A DNA stretch of 64,000 nucleotides. Source: the human T2T-CHM13v2.0 reference genome, Homo sapiens. The stretch's first letter is position 1. The number at the start of each line of letters is the position of its first letter. The translations under genes and the position numbers were made by a program. Location: assembly GCF_009914755.1 (NCBI RefSeq), contig NC_060933.1. The stretch is one strand, 5' to 3'. The notes under the pieces were generated by a model. The model ran no database searches and had not been told where the DNA came from. It saw only the letters and a list, made by a program, of their open reading frames with translations. This document shows positions 52,901 to 61,900 of the stretch, one piece after another.

Positions 52901-55900
52901 AATCCGAATGTAATGGAATGGAATGGAACGGAATGGAATGGAATGGAATGGAATGGAATGGAATGGAATGCAATGGAATGGAATCAACCCGAGTGCAATC
53001 GAATGGAATCGAATGGAATGGAATGCAATGGAATGGATTCAACTTGAATGGAATGGAAAGAATGGAATCAACACGAGTGGAATGGCATGGATTGGAATGG
53101 AATGGGATGGAATCAACCCGAGTACAGGGGAATGGAATGGAATGGAATGCAATGGAATGGAATCATCCGTAATGGAATGGAAAGGAATGGAATGGAATGG
53201 AATGGAATGGAATGGAATGGAATCAACTCGATTGCAATCGAATGGAATGGAATGGAATTAACCCGAATAGAATGGAATGGAATGGAATGGAACGGAACGG
53301 AATGGAATGGAATGGAATGGAATGGAACGGAAAGGAAGGGAATGGAATGGAATGGAATGGAATGGAATGGAATCAACGCCAGTGCAGGGGAATGGAATGG
53401 AATGGAATGCAATGGAATGGAATCTTCGGGAATGGAATGGAATGGAATGGAATGGAATGGAATGGAATCAACCCGAGTGCAATGGAATGGAGTGGAATGG
53501 AATGGAATGGAATGGAACAACCCGAATGGAATGGAATGTAATGGAGAGTAAGGGAGTTGAATAGAATCAATCCGAATGTAATGGAATGGAATGGAACGGA
53601 ATGGAATTGAATGGAATGGAATGGAATGCAATGGAATGGAATCAACCCGAGTGCAATGGAATGGAGAGGAATGGAATGGAATGGAATGGAAACTACCAGA
53701 ATGGAATGGAATGTAATGGAGTGTAAGGGAATTGAATAGAATCAATCCGAATGTAATGGAATGGAATGGAATGGAAAGGAATGGAATGGAATGGAATGGA
53801 ATGGAATGGAATGCAATGCAATGGAATCAACCCGAGTGCAATCGAATGGAATCGAATGGAATGGAATGCAATGGAATGGATTCAACTTGAATGGAATGGA
53901 AAAAAAGGAATGAACACGAGTGGAATGGCATGGATTGGAATGGAATGGAATGGAATCAACCCGAGTACAGGGGAATGGAATGGAATGGAATGCAATGGAA
54001 TGGAATCATCCGTAATGGAATGGAAAGGAATGGAATGGAATGGAATGGAATGGAATGGAATGGAATCAACTCGATTGCAATCGAATGGAATGGAATGGAA
54101 TTAACGCGAATAGAATGGAATGGAATGGAATGGAACGGAACGGAATTGAATGGAATGGAATGGAATGGAATGGAATGGAACGGAACGGAAAGGAATGGAA
54201 TGGAATGGAATGGAATGGAATGCAATGGAATGGAATCAACCCGAGTGCAATCGAATGGAATCGAATGGAATGGATTGCAATGGAATGGATTCAACTTGAA
54301 TGGAATGGAAAGAATGGAATAAACACGAGTGGAATGGCATGGATTGGAATGCAATGGAATGGAATCAACCCGAGTACAAGGGAATGGAATGGAATGGAAT
54401 GCAATGGAATTGAATCATCCGTAATGGAATGGAAAGGAATGGAATGGAATGGAATGGAATGGAATGGAATGGAATGGAATCAACTCGATTGTAATCGAAT
54501 GGAATGGAATGGAATTAACCCGAATAAAATGGAATGGAAAGGAATGGAACGGAACGGAATGGAATGGAATGGAATGGAATGGAATGGAATGGAATGGAAA
54601 GGAAAAGAATGGAATGGAATGGAATGGAATGGAATGGAATGGAATGGAATCAACGCGAGTGCAGGGGAATGGAATGGAATGGAATGCAATGGAATGGAAT
54701 CTTCCGGAATGGAATGGAATGGAATGGAATGGAATGGAATGCAATGGATTCAACTCGATTGCAATGGAATGGAATAGAATGGAATAGGATGGAATGGAAA
54801 GGAATGGAACGGAACGGAATGGAATGGAATGGAATGGAATAGAATGGAATGGAATGGAATGGAACGGAACGGAACGGAACGGAATGGAATGGAATGGAAT
54901 GGAATGGAATTGTATGGAATGGAATGGAATGGTACGGAATTGAATGGAATGGAAAGAATTGGAATGGAATGCAATCGAATGGAATGGTATGGAAAGGAAT
55001 GGAATGGAATGGAATCAACCCGAGTGCAGGGGAATGTAATGCATCGGAATGCAATGGAATGGAATCATCCGGAATTGAATGGAATGGAATGGAATGGAAT
55101 GGAATCAACCCCAGTGCAATGGAATGGAGTGGAATGGAATGGAACAACAGGAATGGAATGGAATGTAATGGAGAGTAAGGGAGTTGAATAGAATCAACCC
55201 GAATGTAATCGAATGGAATGGAACGGAATGGAATTGAATGGAATGGAATGGAATGCAATGGAATGGAATGGTACGGAATAGAATGGAATGGAAAGAATTG
55301 GAATGGAATGGAATCGAATGGAATGGAATGGAATCAACCCGAGTGCAGGGGAAAGTAATGAAACGGAATGCAATGGAATGCAATCATCCGGAATGGAATG
55401 GAATGGAATGGAATGGAATGGAATGGAATGGAATGGAATCAACCCGAGTGCAATGGAATGGAGTGGAATGGAATGGAATGGAATGGAACAACCCGAATGG
55501 AATGGAATGTAATGGAGAGTAAGGGAGTTGAATAGAATCAATCCGAATGTAATGGAATGGAACGGAATGTAATGGAATGGAATGGAATGGAATGGAAAGG
55601 AATGGAATGCAATGGAATGGAATCAACCCGAGTACAATGGAATGGAATGGAATGGAATGGAATGGAATGGAATGGAATGGAATCCACCCGAGTGCAATGG
55701 AATGGAGAGGAATGGAATGGAATGGAATGGAAACTACCCGAATGGAATGGAATGTAATCAAGTGTAAGGGAATTGAATAGAATCAATCCGAATGGAATGG
55801 AATGGAATGGAACGGAATGTAATGTAATGGAATGGAATGGAATCAACCCAAGTGCAGGGGAATGTAATGGAATGGAATGCAATGGAATGGAATCATCCGG

Positions 55901-58900
55901 AATGGAATATAATGGAATGCAATGGAATGGAATGGAATGGAATCAACCCGAGTGCAATGGAATGGAGTGAAATGGAATGGAATGGAATGGAAACAACCAG
56001 AATGGATTGGAATATAATGGAGTGTAAGGGAATTGAATAGAATCAATCTGAATGTAATGAAATGGAATGTAACGGAATGGAATGGAATGCAATGGAATGG
56101 AATGGAATGGAATGCAATGGAATGGAATCAACCCGAGTGCAATCGAATGGAATCGAATGGAATGGAATGCAATGGAATGGATTCAACTTGAATGGAATGG
56201 AAAGAATGGAATCAACACGAGTGGAATGGCATGGATTGGAATGCAATGGAATGGAATCAACCCGAGTACAAGGGAATGGAATGGAATGGAATGCAATGGA
56301 ATTGAATCATCCGTAATGGAATGGAAAGGAATGGAATGGAATGGAATGGAATGGAATGGAATGGAATGGAATCAACTCGATTGCAATCGAATGGAATGGA
56401 ATGGAATTAACCCGAATAGAATGGAATGGAAAGGAATGGAACGGAACGGAATGGAATGGAATGGAATGGAATGGAATGCAATGGAATGGAAAGGAAAGGA
56501 ATGGAATGGAATGGAATGGAATGGAATGGAATGGAATGGAATGGAATGGAATCAACGCGAGTGCAGGGGAATGGAATGGAATGGAATGCAATGGAATGTA
56601 ATCTTCCGGAATGGAATGGAATGGAATGCAATAGATTCAACTCGATTGCAATGGAATGGAATAGAATGGAATAGAATGGAATGGAAAGGAATGGAACGGA
56701 ACAGAATGGAATGGAATGGAATGGAATAGAATGGAATGGAATGGAATGGAACGGAACGGAATGGAATGGAATGGAATGGAATGGAATGGAATGGAATGGA
56801 ATTGTATGGAATGGAATGGTATGGTACGGAATTGAATGGAATGGAAAGAATTGGAATGGAATGGAATCGAATGGAATGGTATGGAATGGAATGGAATGGA
56901 ATGGAATCAACCCGAGTGCAGGGGAATGAAATGGATCGGAATGCAATGGAATGGAATCATCCGGAATGGAATGGAATGGAATGGAATGCAAAGCAATGGA
57001 ATCAACTCGATTGCAATGGAAAGGAATGGAATGGAAAGGAATAGAATGGAATCAACCTGATTGGAATGGAATGGAAAGGACTGGAATGGAGTGGAATGAA
57101 ATGGAATGGAATGGAATGGAATGCAATGGAATGGTATGGAATGGAATGGAATGGTACGGAATAGAATGGAATGGAACGAATTGTAATGGAATGGAATTGA
57201 ATGGAATGGAATGGAATGGAATGGAATCAACGCGAGTGCAGGGGAATGTAATGGAACGGAATGCAATGGAATGGAATCATCCGGAATGGAATGGAATGGA
57301 ATGGAATGGAATGGAATCAACCCGAGTGCAATGGAATGGAGTGGAATGGAATGGAATGGAATGGAACAACCCGAATGGAATGGAATGTAATGGAGAGTAA
57401 GGGAGTTGAATAGAATCAATCCGAATGTAATGGAATGGAACGCAACGGAATGGAATGGAATGGAACGGAACGGAATGGAATGGAATGGAATGGAATGGAA
57501 TGGAATGGAATGGAATGGAATCAACGCGAGTGCAGGGGAATGGCATGGAATGGAATACAATGGAATGGAATCTTCCGGAATGGAATGGAATGGAATGGAA
57601 TGGAATGGAATGAAATGCAATGGATTCAACACGATTGCAATGGAATGGAATAGAATGGAATGGAATGGAATGGAATGGGATTAACCCGAATAGAATGGAA
57701 TGGAATGGAATGGAATGGAACGGAATGCAACGGAATGGAATGGAATGGAATGGAATGGAATGGAATGGTATGGAATGGAATGGAATGGTACGGAATAGAA
57801 TGGAATGGAACGAATTGTAATGGAATGGAATTGAATGGAATGGAATGGAATCAACGCGAGTGCAGGGGAATGTAATGGAATGGAATTGAATGGAATGGAA
57901 TGGAATGGAATGGAATCAACGCGAGTGCAGGGGAATGTAATGGAACGGAATGCAATGGAATGGAATCATCCGGAATGGAATGGAATGGAATGGAATGGAA
58001 TGGAATCAACCCGAATGTAATGGAATGGAGTGGAATGGAATGGAATGGAATGGAACAACCCGAATGGAATGGAATGTAATGGAGAGTAAGGGAGTTGAAT
58101 AGAATCAATCCGAATGTAATGGAATGCAATGCAACGGAATGGAATGGAATGGAATGGTATGGAATGGAATGGAATGGAATGGTATGCAAAGGAATGGAAT
58201 CAACCCGAGTGGAATGGCATGGAATGGAATGCAATGGATTGGAATGGAATGGAATCAACTCGAGTGGAAAGGAATGGAATGGAATGGAAAGGAAAGGAAT
58301 GAAGTCAACTCGAGTGGAATGGAATGGAATGGAATGGAATCAACCCGAGTGCAGGGGAATGAAATGGATCGGAATGCAATGGAATGGAATCATCCGGAAT
58401 TGAATGGAATGGAATGAAATGGAATGGAATCAACCCCAGTGCAATGGAATGGAGTGGAATGGAATGGAATGGAATGGAACAACAGGAATGGAATGGAATG
58501 GAATGGAGAGTAAGGGAGTTGAATAGAATCAACCCGAAAGTAATGGAATGGAATGGAACGTAATGGAATGGAATGGAAAGCAATGGAATGGAATCAACCC
58601 GAGTACAATGGAATAGAATGAAATGGAATGGAATGGAATGGAATTGAATGGAATGGAATGGAATGCAATGGAATGCAATCAACCCGAGTGCAATGGAATG
58701 GAGAGGAATGGAATGGAATGGAATGGAAACTACCCGAATGGAACGAAATGTAATGGAGTGTAAGGGAATTGAATAGAATCAATCCGAATGTGATGGAATG
58801 GAATGGAACGGAATGGAATGGAATGGAATGGAATGGAAAGGAATGGAATGCAATAGAATGGAATCAACCCGAGTGCAATCGAATGGAATCGAATGGAATG

Positions 58901-61900
58901 GAATGCAATGGAATGGATTCAACTTGAATGGAATGGAAAGAATGGAATCAACACGAGTGGAAGGGCATGGATTGGAATGCAATGGAATGGAATCAACCCG
59001 AGTACAGGGGAATGGATTGGAATGGAATGCAATGGAATGGAATCATCCGTAATGGAATGGAAAGGAATGGAATGGAATGGAATGGAATGGAATGGAATGC
59101 AATGGAATGGAATCAACACGATTGCAATCGAATGGAATGGAATGGAATTAACCCGAATAGAATGCAATGGAATGGAATGGAACGGAACGGAATGGAATGG
59201 AATGGAATGGAATGGAATGGAATGGAATGGAATCAAAGCGAGTGCAGGGGAATGGCATGGAATGGAATGCAATGGAATGGAATCTTCCGGAATGGAATGG
59301 AATGGAATGGAATGGAATGAAATGCAATGGATTCAACTCGATTGCAATGGAATGGAATAGAATGGAATGGAATGGAATGGAATGGGATTAACCCGAATAG
59401 AATGGAATGGATTGGAATGGAACGGAATGGAACGGAATGGAATGGAATGGAATGGAATGGAATGGAATGGAATGGAATGGAATGGTATGGAATGGAATGG
59501 AATGGTACGGAATAGAATGGAAAGGAACGAATTGTAATGGAATGGAATTGAATGGAAAGGAATGGAATGGAATGGAATCAACGCGAGTGCAGGGGAATGT
59601 AATGGAACGGAATGCAATGGAATGGAATCATCCGGAAAGGAATGGAATGGAATGGAATGGAATGGAATCAACCCGAGTGCAATGGAATGGAGTGGAATGG
59701 AATGTAATGGAATGGAACAACCCGAATGGAATGGAATGTAATTGAGAGTAAGGGAGTTGAATAGAATCAATGCGAATGTAATGTAATTGAATGCAACGGA
59801 ATGGAATGGAATGGAATGGAATGGAATGAAATGGAATGCAAAGGAATGGAATCAACCCGAGTGGAATGGCATGGAATGGAATGCAATGGATTGGAATGGA
59901 ATGGAATCAACTCGAGTGGAAAGGAATGGAATGGAATGGAAAGGAATGGAATAAAGTCAACTCGAGTGGAATAGAATGGAATGGAATGGATTGGAATGGA
60001 TTGCAATGGAATGCAATGGAATGGAATGGAATGGAATCAATCATGGAAGGGAATGTAAAGGAGTGGAAAGAAGGGAATGGAATCAACCCGAGTGGAATGC
60101 AAGGCAATGGAATGGAATGGAAAGGAATGGAAAGGAATCAACTCGATTGCAATGGAATGGAATGGAATGGAATGGAATGGAATGGAATGGAATTAAACGA
60201 AATAGAATGGAATGGAATGGAATGGAACGGAATGGAATGGAATGGAAGGGAATGGAATCAACACGAGTGCAGGGGAATGGAATGGAATGGAATGCAATGC
60301 AATGGAATCATCCGGAATGGAATGGAATGGAATGGAATCAACTCCATTGCAATGGAATGGAATGGAATGGAATGGAATAGAATGGAATGGAATTAACCCG
60401 AATAGATGGAATGCAATAGAATGGAATGCAACGGAACCGAATGGAGTGGAATGGAATGGAATGGAATCAACCCGAGTACAGGGGAATGGAATGGAATGGA
60501 ATGCAATGGAATGGAGTCATCCGTAATGGAATGGAAAGGAATGGAATGGAATGGAATGGAATGGAATGGAATGGAATCAACTCGATGGCAATCGAATGGA
60601 ATAGAATGGAATTAACCCGAATAGAATGGAATGGAATGGAATGGAACGGAACGGAATGGAATGGAATGGAATGGAATGGAATGGAACGGAACGGAATGGA
60701 ATGGAATGGAATGGAATGGAATCAACGCGAGTGCAGGGGAATGGAATGGAATGGAATGCAATGGAATGGAATCTTCTGGAATGGAATGGAATGGAATGGA
60801 ATGAAAGGCAATGGATTCAACTCGATTGCAATGGAATGGAATAGAATGGAATGGAATGGAATGGAATGGAATGGAATTGAATGGAATGGAATGCCTTCAA
60901 ACCGAATGGAATGGAAAGGAATGGAATCAACACGAGTGGAAAGGAATGGAATGGAAAGGAATGGAATGGAATGGAATGCTACGGAATAGAACGGAATGGA
61001 ACGAACTCGAATGGAATGGAATGGAATGGAATGGAATGGAATGGAATGGAATCGTTCCGAGTGGAATAGGAGGGAATGTATTCGACTGGAATGGAAAGGA
61101 ATGGAATCAACCAGAGTGGAATGGAAGGGAATGGAATGGAATGGAAACTAATAGAATGGAATCAACCCGAGTGGAATGGAATGGAAAGGAATGGAATGGA
61201 ATGGAATGGAATGGAATGGAATCAACTCTATTGTAATGCAATGGAATGGAATGGAATGGAATGGAATGCAATGGAATGGAATGGAATGGATTTAACCCGA
61301 ATACAATAGAATGGAATGGAATGGAACGGAATGGAGTGGAATGGAATGGAATCAACCCGAGTGCAGGGGAATGGAATGGAATGGAATGCAATGGAATGGA
61401 ATCATCCGGAATGGAATGGAATGGAATGGAATGCAAACCAATGGAATCAACTCGATTGGAATGGAATGGAAAGGAATACATTGGAATCAACCCGAGTGGA
61501 ATGGAATGGAAAGGACTGGAATGGAATGGAATGGAATAAACTCGATTGGAATGGAATGGAATGGAATGGAATGGAATGGAATGGAACGGAAAGGAATGGA
61601 ATGGAATGGAATGGAATGGAATGGAATCAACGCGAGTGCAGGAGAATGGAATGGAATGGAATGCAATGGAATGGAATCTTCCGGAATGGAATGGAATGGA
61701 ATGGAATGGAATGGAATAAACCCGAGTGCAATGGAATGGAGTGGAATGGAATGGAATGGAATGGAGCAACCCGAACGGAATGGAATGTAATGGAGAGTAA
61801 GGGAGTTGAATAGAATCAATCCGAATGTAATGGAATGGAATGGAACGGAATGGAATTGAATGGAATGGAATGGAATGCAATGGAATGGAATCAACCCGAG

